Assembly (NCBI GenBank): GCA_963710375.1
Contig: CAVPZX010000004.1
Location: 256,001-320,000, forward strand
DNA: 64,000 nucleotides
Reading direction: 5' to 3'
Source: Nitrospirota bacterium
GTDB lineage: Bacteria > Nitrospirota > Thermodesulfovibrionia > Thermodesulfovibrionales > Dissulfurispiraceae
The number at the start of each line of letters is the position of its first letter. Positions within the stretch are counted from its first letter, which is position 1. The notes under the pieces were generated by a model that searched no databases, was not told the DNA's origin, and saw only the letters and a program-made list of their open reading frames with translations. Positions 10,037 to 19,551 of the stretch are shown here, piece by piece. The position numbers were made by a program, and so were the translations under genes.

Positions 10037-10291
10037 ATGGTTAGTAATGTAACAAGTTTAGTCCAACCCCACCCTGGCATTCAACCTAAACCGGCGGATG
10101 CCAAAGCAACACAATCGAAGTCGCAGCAAAACTCGAATGTCACTGTTCAGATTAGCAATGCTGCGAAGGCATTGTTGAAAGAAGCTACGGAGACCCCTGC
10201 GCAAACGGCCAAAGAAGCAAGTGCTGGTGATCAACAGGCTAAGAAACTGCTCGCAAAGGAGGCTGCTGCTGCGGAAGCGGCTGAGAAGTGA
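10037..10291 (+). CDS. Small Ala/Lys/Gln-rich hypothetical protein
   Basis: AAGGAGG SD; 'VQISNAAKALL' segment resembles short FlgM-like flagellar-regulon proteins; terminator-like hairpin follows. Confidence 0.7.
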   Translation: MVSNVTSLVQPHPGIQPKPADAKATQSKSQQNSNVTVQISNAAKALLKEATETPAQTAKEASAGDQQAKKLLAKEAAAAEAAEK

Positions 10292-10309
10292 GCATACGCA
10301 GTTGAGTGG

Positions 10310-10343
10310 AGCAGGGAGTTCTTAGTTCATCAGAACTCCCTGC
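10310..10343. terminator. Hairpin between convergent genes
   Basis: gcagggagttct...agaactccctgc stem. Confidence 0.6.
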
Positions 10344-10442
10344 AAAATATGTCACCTTTCCTGTTTTTTTAACATAAAGGTGGAGGCGACGCCTGTGCTA
10401 TTCTTAGGGACCCGGTCTTTCATTGAGCATTGTGCAAGTTAT

Positions 10443-11699
10443 TTATTCGCGAGCCCTAAAGATATCGGCGCCGATCTTCCGCAGCTTTTCGACTATTTTT
10501 TCGTAACCTCTGTCGAGATGGTAAATTCTGCTGATAGTTGTCTCACCCTTGGCGCGGAGTGCTGCAACTACCAGAGATGCCGACGCCCTTAAATCGGTTG
10601 CCATTACCGGCGCTCCTTTCAGCTGCTCTACCCCTGTGACTGCGGCGGTGCCGCCCTCGATACGTATATCCGCACCCATTCTCTTCAGTTCCGCAACATG
10701 CATGTATCTGTTTTCGAAAATGGTCTCTTTGATAACGCTTGTCCCCTTTGCGACTGTCATCATTGCCATGAATTGTGCCTGCATGTCGGTGGGAAAACCG
10801 GGATAGGGCATTGTCTTCAGATCGGCGGCTACCGGCTGCTCTGGTCCTTTGACCCTGAGGCCTTTTTTTGTATCCTTAAATGTTATCCCCGCGTCTTTCA
10901 GCTTTATGATTACCGCATCCATATGATCAGACCTGCAATTTCTCAACAGGAGATCGCCTCCACAGATGCCGGCAATGGTCATAAACGTTCCTGCCTCAAT
11001 CCTGTCAGGAATTACTTCATGGCGCTTGGCCGGTCTTAATGCATCGACCCCCTCTATCTCGATTACGCTTTCGCCTGCCCCTTTTATCCTGGCGCCCATG
11101 GAGGTGAGACAATTGGCAAGGTCTATGACTTCCGGCTCCCGTGCTGCATTCTCAAGGATAGTGGTCCCCCTGGCAAGGGCGGCGGCCATCATCAAATTTT
11201 CCGTGCCTGTTACAGTAACCGTATCGAAATAAATGGATGCTCCTGATAGGCGGTTTGCTTTTGCAATGACATATCCCCCTTCAAGTTTAATTTTGGCCCC
11301 CATTTTCTCAAGGCCCATCAAATGGAGATTTATTGGCCTGGCGCCGATAGCGCAACCGCCGGGAAGAGAAACCCTCGCCTTTCCATATCTGGCAACCAGC
11401 GGGCCAAGGACCAGGACAGAGGCCCTCATTGTCTTCACCAGTTCATAAGGCGCCTCGAAATGGTTTATCGCAGCGCTATCTATAACCGCTGTACCGTCCC
11501 CATAGTCGAACCTGCAACCCATGGTGGACAGGAGCTTGCCCATTGTAGCGATATCCCTCAAATCCGGGATTCCGATAAATCTGTTTTCGCCTGAGGCCAA
11601 AACAGACGACGCAAGAATGGGCAGCGCGGCATTTTTTGCCCCGCTGATTACCACCTCTCCCTTAAGCGCTCCGCCGCCCCTGATGATTAATGTATCCAT
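10443..11699 (-). CDS. murA: UDP-N-acetylglucosamine 1-carboxyvinyltransferase
   Basis: [45 protein letters not shown]. Confidence 0.98.
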   Translation of the reverse strand: MDTLIIRGGGALKGEVVISGAKNAALPILASSVLASGENRFIGIPDLRDIATMGKLLSTMGCRFDYGDGTAVIDSAAINHFEAPYELVKTMRASVLVLGPLVARYGKARVSLPGGCAIGARPINLHLMGLEKMGAKIKLEGGYVIAKANRLSGASIYFDTVTVTGTENLMMAAALARGTTILENAAREPEVIDLANCLTSMGARIKGAGESVIEIEGVDALRPAKRHEVIPDRIEAGTFMTIAGICGGDLLLRNCRSDHMDAVIIKLKDAGITFKDTKKGLRVKGPEQPVAADLKTMPYPGFPTDMQAQFMAMMTVAKGTSVIKETIFENRYMHVAELKRMGADIRIEGGTAAVTGVEQLKGAPVMATDLRASASLVVAALRAKGETTISRIYHLDRGYEKIVEKLRKIGADIFRARE

Positions 11700-11741
11700 A
11701 AAAAACTATCATAACACAATAGGTCGGAGTTATAATCAAAC

Positions 11742-13853
11742 ATGATTACGATAGAGGCTGTTATAGAGAAAATATTGGCGTACAATCCAAAGGCGGACGT
11801 TGCGCGAATAAAGAAAGCATACGCCTTTTCTGGAGAGGCCCACTGCAGCCAACGGCGGGTTGAGGGGTCGCCGTATATATACCATCCTCTCGCGGTTGCC
11901 GACACATTGGCGGACATGAAACTCGATACGGCAACCATTGCCGCAGGCCTGCTGCATGATACGGTTGAGGACACCGGCACCTTGACCGACGATATCAAAG
12001 ACGTGTTCGGCGCCGAGATCGCTTTTTTAGTAGATGCATTGACAAAATTATCAAAGGTTGAATTTCAGACCAAAGAGGACGCCCAGGCCGAGAACTTCAG
12101 AAAAATGCTCCTTGCCATGTCTAAGGATGTGCGGGTCATACTCATAAAATTCGCTGACAGGCTCCACAATATGAGGACCATCGAACATCTTCCCGAAGAA
12201 AAACGGAGAAGTATTGCGCGGGAGACCCTCGACATTTATGCCCCCCTTGCCAACAGGCTAGGTATTGGATGGATGAGGACGGAGTTCGAGGATCTGAGCT
12301 TCAAGACTCTTATGCCCGATCTGTACGGCGAGCTTGAAAAAAAGGTCGCGAAACGCAAGGAGGAGCAGGACCTCTATATCAGCGAGGTAAAGAACATCAT
12401 CTCGGAAAAACTCAAGCTGGCCGGCATTCCCTTTAAGATAAAAGGCAGGGTTAAGCATTATTACGGCATTTATCAAAAGATGATTAAACAGAAGATACCT
12501 TTTGAGCAGGTGCAGGATGTGATAGGACTGAGGATCGTTACCGACACGGTGGGCCACTGCTACGATATACTCGGCATCCTCCATTCTCTCTGGCCGCTTG
12601 TACCTGGCAGGTTCAAGGACTTTATAAGTCTTCCCAAGTCGAACATGTACCAATCGCTGCATACCACAATAGTCGGTCCGGGAGGCGATCATGTAGAATT
12701 TCAGATCCGCTCCGACGACATGAATGAACTGGCCGAAGAGGGCATTGCCGCGCACTGGCGGTACAAGGAAAAAGACAGCATCGATAAGAAGAACGCCCGT
12801 TTTATCGCGTGGCTGCGTGATCTGGTGAAGGACATTTCCGACCCAAAGGAGTTTCTTGAAGCGGTTAAGGGAGAGGTGGTCCCCGAGACTGTTTATGTTT
12901 TTACTCCCAAAGGCGACATTAAGGAGCTTTCGGTAGGCTCCACGCCGGTTGACTTTGCTTACAGCATTCATACCCAGGTCGGCAACAAGTGCGTTGGCGC
13001 AAAGGCCAACGGCAGAATAGTGCCCCTGCGGTACCAATTGAACAGCGGCGACGTCGTAGAGATAATCACTTCCCCTACGCACAGTCCCAGCAAGGACTGG
13101 TTGAAGTTTGTTGTAACCCAGCGTGCAAAGTCCAGGATCAAACAGTTTTTGAAAACCGAGGAACAGAAAAAGAGCATCGAACTGGGGACCAAGCTCCTCG
13201 AAGATGAGATAAAGAGGCATGGGCTGCCGCTTTCAGTGCTTAAATCTGAAAAGATGGAAGAGATCATAAAATCCTTTGGCCTTATATCTATAGAGGACCT
13301 TTACGTCTCTGTCGGCTATGGAAAGGTTTCCGCCCACCAGGTAGTCAACAGGTTTGTACCCGAAAAGGAGGAGGTCGGAGTCGTCCCCAAGGTTGCGAAG
13401 CCTCACAAGGAAAGTAGAAGTATCATAACGATCACCGGTATCGACAACGTTATGTATCACCTCGGCAGGTGCTGCTTCCCTGTTCCTGGGGATAGGATCG
13501 CAGGTTTTATCACAAAAGGAAAAGGTGTGACAATTCACCGGAGGGAGTGTGCCAATCTTGAGCGGCTTACAGCGGACAATGAACGTCTTATTGAGGTTGA
13601 ATGGAGCCAGGAAGCCGATATAACGTCAACGGTAAAACTGTTTATAGAGTGCATGGACAAGTCCGGCATTTTGGCGGGCGTTACGGCGCTCATATCCGGA
13701 GCTAATGTTAATATCAGCCACCTGCAGGCTTCGTCAACACACGACAAACGGGGATTGCTTGAGTTTACGCTTGAGGTCAAAAACAGGAACCAGATTGTTA
13801 CGCTGGCAAATAAGATTATGCAAATGGACGGTGTGCTGTCAGTAAGGCGGTGA
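11742..13853 (+). CDS. relA: Bifunctional (p)ppGpp synthetase/hydrolase
   Basis: HD domain (PYIYHP, LHDTVED), synthetase (YQSLHTT, EFQIR), TGS (FAYSIHTQVG), ACT. Confidence 0.96.
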   Translation: MITIEAVIEKILAYNPKADVARIKKAYAFSGEAHCSQRRVEGSPYIYHPLAVADTLADMKLDTATIAAGLLHDTVEDTGTLTDDIKDVFGAEIAFLVDALTKLSKVEFQTKEDAQAENFRKMLLAMSKDVRVILIKFADRLHNMRTIEHLPEEKRRSIARETLDIYAPLANRLGIGWMRTEFEDLSFKTLMPDLYGELEKKVAKRKEEQDLYISEVKNIISEKLKLAGIPFKIKGRVKHYYGIYQKMIKQKIPFEQVQDVIGLRIVTDTVGHCYDILGILHSLWPLVPGRFKDFISLPKSNMYQSLHTTIVGPGGDHVEFQIRSDDMNELAEEGIAAHWRYKEKDSIDKKNARFIAWLRDLVKDISDPKEFLEAVKGEVVPETVYVFTPKGDIKELSVGSTPVDFAYSIHTQVGNKCVGAKANGRIVPLRYQLNSGDVVEIITSPTHSPSKDWLKFVVTQRAKSRIKQFLKTEEQKKSIELGTKLLEDEIKRHGLPLSVLKSEKMEEIIKSFGLISIEDLYVSVGYGKVSAHQVVNRFVPEKEEVGVVPKVAKPHKESRSIITITGIDNVMYHLGRCCFPVPGDRIAGFITKGKGVTIHRRECANLERLTADNERLIEVEWSQEADITSTVKLFIECMDKSGILAGVTALISGANVNISHLQASSTHDKRGLLEFTLEVKNRNQIVTLANKIMQMDGVLSVRR

Positions 13854-13856
13854 TTT

Positions 13857-14041
13857 CACATTATTCATAAATTAATACAAGGAGCAGTCAGGCCACAGTG
13901 CTTCACTCATTCTCGCAAGGCATCCAGCCTTGCTCCGAGGCTATGACAGCCTGTGTCACCATCCTTGGTGTCACTTAGGCTGTCAAAGTCCGCTCAGCAC
14001 CATGTCCCGCCTGCTCCTTGTATTAATTTATGAATAATGTG
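13857..14041. mobile_element. 185-bp MITE-like element, family B
   Basis: Perfect 31-bp TIRs cacattattcataaattaatacaaggagcag (13857-13887) and its reverse complement (14011-14041); internal IR tgacagcct/aggctgtca. Confidence 0.8.
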
Positions 14042-14052
14042 GCTCAGTGCTT

Positions 14053-15144
14053 TTAGAGCGGCAGGGTGAATTCTATGGAAGTCTGTGTCCCTCCGCTGTC
14101 GGCATTCCTTACAGTTATGCGGCCGCCGTGGTCTTTTATGACTTTTTCAGCCTTGCACAACCCCATACCGACACCAACCGTCTTCGTCGTGAAAAAAGGA
14201 TCGAAAATATAATTCAGATTGGCTTCGGGTATGCCCCTGCCGGTATCTGTGATTTCCAGCCTGTAGAATCCCTCATGTACTGACCCGGAAACTTTTATCA
14301 CGCCCGGAGACGCGACAAAGGATTCGAGCGAATTGGCAAAAATTTCTGCAATCCCTTTGGATAGCCCATAACGATCGACAGGGAGTTCGTATGGCGCAAT
14401 CTCGACTTGCCAAATGACTTCCACGGGCAATACGGAAAAGCGCAGCAGGGCCTCTTCTCTGGCCATGTCAATGATGAGGCCCAAATCGGTCAAATGTCGT
14501 TCTCCAGTATTCAGCGAAGAGTATTCGTAGACAGCAGTTACAATGTCCTCCATCCGATTAACGCATGACCTGATAGTATCGAAATATCCCTTCTGTCCCT
14601 TCGAGAGTTCAATCTCTTTGGGAATACGTTTTGCCAATCCACCGATAACCATAACAGGATTCCTGATCTGGTGAGAAACGGACATGGACATCTTCCGCAA
14701 CCCCTCGTAGCGTTCCTGTTGAAGTATGTTTCTCTCCTGGAGAATGCTCTTTTCCCGTTCATGCAAAAGGACGATATTTGTGATGTCGTTAATCTCGATC
14801 ACTATCCCGAAAAGTTTCTCATGGTAGATAAGCGGAGAGGCTGAGAGGGAGAGGTGACGGAATGTTCCCTCTTTGTCGGAGAAGCGGTTGGTGAAATGGT
14901 ACGGCGCCTGCCGCATGTTCTTTGTAACATAAAGTACCATTTCTTCCAGCTGCTTCTTTTGCTCAAACCCTGCAAATAGTTCCAGCCAATGCTTTCTGAT
15001 GTGGTCCCCTGTGTCGAGGTCCAGAATGGAATATGAGGATTTATTCACCGCATAAACAAGACCTTCTGAGTTAAAGATGACAACCCCGGCTGAAAAGCTG
15101 TCTAGAAGACCCTGAAAATAGGTGGAGCGAATGAACTCAAGCAT
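14053..15144 (-). CDS. PAS-domain sensor histidine kinase (NtrB-like)
   Basis: PAS N-terminus, SHQIRNP H-box, DTGRGI, FDPFFTTK, GVGMGL. Confidence 0.9.
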   Translation of the reverse strand: MLEFIRSTYFQGLLDSFSAGVVIFNSEGLVYAVNKSSYSILDLDTGDHIRKHWLELFAGFEQKKQLEEMVLYVTKNMRQAPYHFTNRFSDKEGTFRHLSLSASPLIYHEKLFGIVIEINDITNIVLLHEREKSILQERNILQQERYEGLRKMSMSVSHQIRNPVMVIGGLAKRIPKEIELSKGQKGYFDTIRSCVNRMEDIVTAVYEYSSLNTGERHLTDLGLIIDMAREEALLRFSVLPVEVIWQVEIAPYELPVDRYGLSKGIAEIFANSLESFVASPGVIKVSGSVHEGFYRLEITDTGRGIPEANLNYIFDPFFTTKTVGVGMGLCKAEKVIKDHGGRITVRNADSGGTQTSIEFTLPL

Positions 15145-15268
15145 GCCTGCCTTTGAAAAGCTTTAAAAAGTATCTGACACCCATTTATACTATAACAGAG
15201 GTTTGTTACAGGAACATTACAGCCTGCCTTGACAAAAAAAATATTTAACTAATAATATTTTTAAGCGT

Positions 15269-15430
15269 ATGCGATTTATTGTAAAGTCAGTAAGTTCCAT
15301 GGTTTTTGGTATTATCGGTGGATGGTTGGGCGGCTATGTAGGCTTGGGAACCGAACTTCTCTCAAGCCTTGTTTTCAGCATAGCCGGCTGGTATTGGGCA
15401 AAATATATGTTGAATAAGTATTTGGATTAA
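15269..15430 (+). CDS. 53-aa small membrane protein (below the ORF-track cutoff)
   Basis: MRFIVKSVSSMVFGIIGGWLGGYVGLGTELLSSLVFSIAGWYWAKYMLNKYLD; TTGACA at 15229 with AT-rich -10 upstream. Confidence 0.6.
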   Translation: MRFIVKSVSSMVFGIIGGWLGGYVGLGTELLSSLVFSIAGWYWAKYMLNKYLD

Positions 15431-15441
15431 TAATTTACGAT

Positions 15442-15798
15442 TTACGAGTATTGTATCGCAACTTCGTAAACAATATCTGAATGATCGGCCGTAGGGCCGC
15501 CTTCACAGCCGAGTTCGCCTTTTGATGTCGCTTTACGGTTTCCAACCATCCCGGTTATTATCCGGGTGAAATCAAAGCCGCCTTCAACACACTCTTTATT
15601 CAAACAGTCAACAGTGAAAAAAGCATAACTGCTGGGAAAGAAATTAACGATCCGCGGCATCGATTGTCTTATCCCCTTTTGATTGTATGTCATGTTGATT
15701 ACGATACTCTCAACTTGGGGGAAGATGGCAGCCACTAAACCTGAATCAATCTTCTGCTGTCTTCTCTCTGCCCTGGCCGCGTTCTTTTTGTTGTTCAT
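15442..15798 (-). CDS. Hypothetical protein downstream of the cold-shock gene
   Basis: GGGAGG SD; Cys/His motif CLNKEC...C...H. Confidence 0.75.
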   Translation of the reverse strand: MNNKKNAARAERRQQKIDSGLVAAIFPQVESIVINMTYNQKGIRQSMPRIVNFFPSSYAFFTVDCLNKECVEGGFDFTRIITGMVGNRKATSKGELGCEGGPTADHSDIVYEVAIQYS

Positions 15799-15813
15799 GT
15801 GCCTCCCTTAAAT

Positions 15814-15847
15814 GAGAAGGCTTCCTCCAGCTGGAGGAAGCCTTCTC
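15814..15847. repeat. Perfect 34-bp palindrome between cspA and the downstream gene
   Basis: gagaaggcttcctccag|ctggaggaagccttctc. Confidence 0.85.
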
Positions 15848-15854
15848 CGGTTAA

Positions 15855-16055
15855 CTACAGTTTAACAACATTGATTGCTTTGGGTCCCTTTGGTCCCTTT
15901 TCAGTATCAAAGCTGACTTTATCACCTTCGGAAAGGCTCTTAAAGCCATTGCCCTGAATGGACGTATGGTGTACAAAAGTATCGACTCCGTCTTCAGCTG
16001 TTATAAAGCCAAACCCTTTGCTGTCGTTGAACCACTTCACTGTTCCTTGTGCCAT
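15855..16055 (-). CDS. cspA: Cold-shock protein
   Basis: [18 protein letters not shown]...FVHHTSI...GPKGPKA; GGAGG SD. Confidence 0.95.
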   Translation of the reverse strand: MAQGTVKWFNDSKGFGFITAEDGVDTFVHHTSIQGNGFKSLSEGDKVSFDTEKGPKGPKAINVVKL

Positions 16056-16347
16056 TTTCGTTCCTCCTTCTCTTAAACTCAAACCTCAAAGGGACTCAAA
16101 TAAAAAAGAAGCCACAAAGTTCAAAGTCTTTGTGGCCTCTTACGATCGCAAAAACCTTTAAAGTTCTGTAGATACGATAACATATCCTCTCAAGTTCGTC
16201 AATCAAATTCTTGTCGAACATTCTTGTCGAGCCTGTGGTTGCTTTTTTCCTTCCATCTGTTTCATAATTTCTAGTAAATATATTTTTGGTCTCCGGAAAA
16301 GAATAGTCGGACGTGATCAGAAGACAAATAAATATGACAAAGGCACT

Positions 16348-17073
16348 ATGATGAAAACGCGTTGGCACCCCGGGGATGCATTTGTTAAGAATATATTTTC
16401 ATCAATAGCCCCGCAGATAGATTTTTTAAGCTCACTTTTCTGTTTCTGTATGGACTCTATATGGCGGAAAAGGCTCGTATCATTCTCAGAAATAAAAAGA
16501 GGGGAAAAAGTCCTTGATGTATGCACAGGCACCGGAAAACTGGCATTCCTGATTTCCAGGGAGGTCGGAGCGCAGGGATCAGTCGTAGGGGCCGATTATT
16601 GTGAAGAGATGCTGGAGATGGCAAAGAAGAATCTTGGTTCCGCCTCATCAGATATTTCTTTCGTCCTGGCCGACGCCAAGAACCTGACTTTTGAGGATAA
16701 TGCATTCGATGTAGTTACCGTGGCTTTCGGTATGAGGAACATTTTTGAAACCTCGATAGCCCTGCGAGAGGCTTACAGGGTGCTTAAACCGGGCGGACGA
16801 TTTTTTTGTCTTGAATTGACGAGTCCTCAACAAAAGTGGTTAATGCCTTTCTATAACTACTACTGCTTTCATATTATGCCTGCGGTTGCAAAAAGGATTC
16901 TCAAGTCTGATACGCCCTATAATTATCTTCCCAGGTCGATCCAGGCATTCCCTGCAGCCGGCGAGTTCAAGCAGATTATTGAAAAATGTGATTTCAGCAA
17001 TGTGACTGTCCGTCACATGAGTCTGGGCATAGCCACGATCTTTGGCGCTCGTAAAGAACCGCAGACGACATAG
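16348..17073 (+). CDS. ubiE: UbiE/MenG-family quinone C-methyltransferase
   Basis: VLDVCTGTG, FDVVTVAFGMRN, RVLKPGG, YNYLPRSI. Confidence 0.82.
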   Translation: MMKTRWHPGDAFVKNIFSSIAPQIDFLSSLFCFCMDSIWRKRLVSFSEIKRGEKVLDVCTGTGKLAFLISREVGAQGSVVGADYCEEMLEMAKKNLGSASSDISFVLADAKNLTFEDNAFDVVTVAFGMRNIFETSIALREAYRVLKPGGRFFCLELTSPQQKWLMPFYNYYCFHIMPAVAKRILKSDTPYNYLPRSIQAFPAAGEFKQIIEKCDFSNVTVRHMSLGIATIFGARKEPQTT

Positions 17074-17356
17074 ATCATAGCTGTCATGGTCCGTCCTGGA
17101 CCAGACCAATCAATGCGGCTGAGCATAATTGGCAGCGCCGTATATTTTTCCGCGCAAACGACCGCCACTTCTTTAGTTGAATCTTCCATCTGAAAAGTCT
17201 GACGCAAGATACAGGCTGGGGCAAACTTCCAACTCCAGCATTTTAAGGCAATTCAGATTATGGCCGGACGCAATGAAAGAAGACTTGCAGATGAATACAT
17301 TTTGTGATAAACATTAGATATGCTGTAACAGAACCGCATATTGCAAGGAGGCCGTC

Positions 17357-18406
17357 ATGATCGTCAACTTATTCAAAGGGAATAGGGCGTGGCTTTTAAT
17401 ATTATTAATGCTTTTGCTCGTTATCGCGAGCACCGCTTTAGCAGATGGAGACGATGCCCTTATAACAAGAGCGTCACAGATCATAGGGCCTTTACCGGCA
17501 TCTATGCCGTCGTCAGAGAATCCTATAACCCCGGAAAAGGTAAAACTGGGGAAGATGCTCTTTTATGAGCCGCGGATTTCTGTGGACGGATCGGTGAGTT
17601 GTTCTAAATGTCATCCCATAGCCCTGTATGCTGCTGACGGGTTGAAAAAGTCGGTAGGGAACAACTGTAAGGTAAACCCTAGAAACGACCCTACCGTCTT
17701 TAATGCGGCAAGCCAGATTTCGGAACACTGGATAGGAAACCGGACTAGCGTCGAAGACCAGGCAAAACAGGCTATTATTGGGCCGCCGGCCTTCGGCATG
17801 CCCTCTTATGAGGCGGCCGAGAAGGTACTTCGGTCATTTAAGGAATACGAAAACCTGTTTAAAGCCGCATTCCCTTCTGACAAGGAGCCGTTGAATATCG
17901 ATAACTTTGCAAAGGCTATAGGCGCCTTCGAGCGGACACTGATTACGCCGGCCCCTTTTGATGCATTTCTGAAAGGCAACAAGGATGCTATGACTTTACA
18001 ACAAAAAAATGGACTCGGGACGTTTATGGACCTGGGCTGCGTGGGATGTCATTTCAGTCCCTATGTCGGAGGGCAGATGTATCAGAAGTTCGGGATATTT
18101 GCGCCTTACGAAAAATATACGAAGAGCCAGCAAGTGGATGTGGGAAGATATGCCGTCACGAAAAACGAGAGCGATAAGTATGTATTTAAGGTCCCGGTGC
18201 TCAGAAACGTTGCGATGACTCCGCCTTACTTCCATGACGGGTCCGTAGACAATCTTACCGACGCTGTCTGGATAATGGGGAAGATTCAGTTAGGCAGGGA
18301 CCTTACAAAAGAGCAGGTGCAGGACATTGCGGCGTTTCTTCACGCGCTGACAGGGGAGATCCCGGAATATGTCAAAACGATTCCAGTATTGCCTTCATTG
18401 GAGTAA
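17357..18406 (+). CDS. ccp: Di-heme cytochrome c peroxidase
   Basis: Signal peptide, LGKMLFYEPR, two CxxCH (CSKCH, CVGCH), FKVPVLRNV, PYFHDGS. Confidence 0.92.
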   Translation: MIVNLFKGNRAWLLILLMLLLVIASTALADGDDALITRASQIIGPLPASMPSSENPITPEKVKLGKMLFYEPRISVDGSVSCSKCHPIALYAADGLKKSVGNNCKVNPRNDPTVFNAASQISEHWIGNRTSVEDQAKQAIIGPPAFGMPSYEAAEKVLRSFKEYENLFKAAFPSDKEPLNIDNFAKAIGAFERTLITPAPFDAFLKGNKDAMTLQQKNGLGTFMDLGCVGCHFSPYVGGQMYQKFGIFAPYEKYTKSQQVDVGRYAVTKNESDKYVFKVPVLRNVAMTPPYFHDGSVDNLTDAVWIMGKIQLGRDLTKEQVQDIAAFLHALTGEIPEYVKTIPVLPSLE

Positions 18407-18456
18407 AGAGGGGATAAAACGTCGCGTTCGCTAACCATTAGCTCCAGAGGACGCCA

Positions 18457-19038
18457 GTGAAGGAACCGAAAAGCGAACGGAAGACCGTTGTGTTCTCGAT
18501 CGGTCATTCGACGAGACCTGTCTCGGAGTTTATAGAAATTATGAGGGCCTATGGAATAAAGAAAGTAATAGACATTCGCACGATCCCGAAGTCGCGGCAT
18601 AACCCCCAGTTCAACAAGGATACGCTCAGGGAAAGTTTAAAGGCCGCCAAAATCGGATATCTCCACATGAAGGGGCTGGGGGGGTTGCGCCATGCACTGA
18701 AGGACTCGCCAAATACGGGATGGAGAAACGCATCATTCAGGGGCTTCGCAGATTATATGCAGACAGAGGAATTTGAAGGGAATCTCGAAAAACTTATAGA
18801 GGCTGCGGGGAGACGGGCGACAGTTGTCATGTGCGCCGAAACACTCCCGTGGCGCTGCCACAGATCATTGATAGGAGATGCCTTGTTCGTTTGCGGAGTC
18901 CATATGAGGCATATCATTAGCGCCGGCTCGATCAGGGACCATACTCTTACGCCGTGGGCAAAGGTCAAAGGAACAAAAATAACATACAAGGAGGACACTG
19001 ATGGGAGAGATAGTCCACACATCACGTATAAGGATTGA
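18457..19038 (+). CDS. DUF488 family protein
   Basis: SIGHSTR, DIRTIPKSR, LGGLR, MCAETLPWRCHR. Confidence 0.88.
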   Translation: MKEPKSERKTVVFSIGHSTRPVSEFIEIMRAYGIKKVIDIRTIPKSRHNPQFNKDTLRESLKAAKIGYLHMKGLGGLRHALKDSPNTGWRNASFRGFADYMQTEEFEGNLEKLIEAAGRRATVVMCAETLPWRCHRSLIGDALFVCGVHMRHIISAGSIRDHTLTPWAKVKGTKITYKEDTDGRDSPHITYKD

Positions 19039-19465
19039 GAGGGAAAAAGGCCCAACCAGGAAAGCCGTCATCGAAGGCTTTGACGAACCGGTTTATTATG
19101 GTGTGCATGGTGGGATAAAAAACTTTTACAAAGTTGACACTGAAGAAGAACACGCTGCCACACTTGATCATATCGTGGCTGCAACTGCTGCCTGAATGAT
19201 GGGTACACTGGCCAGGGTGCTGGCTGGAAAAAAGATTTTCACATCGAAAGATCGCTATTGGGCGGATGTGGAAGGCATAATTGAAAATGTAAATAATATA
19301 CTGAAAATCACCCGCATCCTCGTCAAATACCACCTGAAAGTTCCAAAGGAAAAAGTCGGCGAAGCAAGAGCTGCGTTTTCTTCATACATCGAAGGCTGTC
19401 CCGCAGCCCAGAGCGTGATCGGATGCATTGATATTAAGGACGACCTGTTGATTGAGGAGGAATAA
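19001..19465 (+). CDS. OsmC-like selenoprotein (154 aa, UGA at 19193-19195 read as Sec)
   Basis: Two in-frame ORFs (19001-19195, 19196-19465) join through one TGA at the OsmC peroxidatic-Cys position (HIVAATAA-U-MMGT); resolving Cys in GCPAAQSV; SECIS-like hairpin follows; tRNA-Sec lies 4 kb away. Confidence 0.85.
19208..19227 (+). promoter_or_regulatory. Bacterial SECIS-like hairpin
   Basis: 8-bp stem ctggccag/ctggctgg with GGTG loop, starting 12 nt after the UGA. Confidence 0.75.
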
Positions 19466-19551
19466 TTTTTTCACTGCCGATATTGGCTTGCTATCTCTTA
19501 TGCTTTTGATATACTTGTATTTAAAGAGATGGGTTCAGAAAGGAGACGCAT

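Noticed and set aside
12258..13220. Long antisense ORFs (also 38056-39081, 54156-55214, 58907-59890, 59614-60513)
   Set aside because: Shadows of well-supported genes on the opposite strand, with no recognisable motifs
17074..17356. Possible second att site or gene remnant bounding the redox cluster
   Set aside because: I found no further copy of the selC 3' end and no recognisable ORF
19193..19195. OsmC-like gene as a nonsense pseudogene or two separate genes
   Set aside because: The TGA is at the catalytic position, followed by a SECIS-like hairpin, and selC is present
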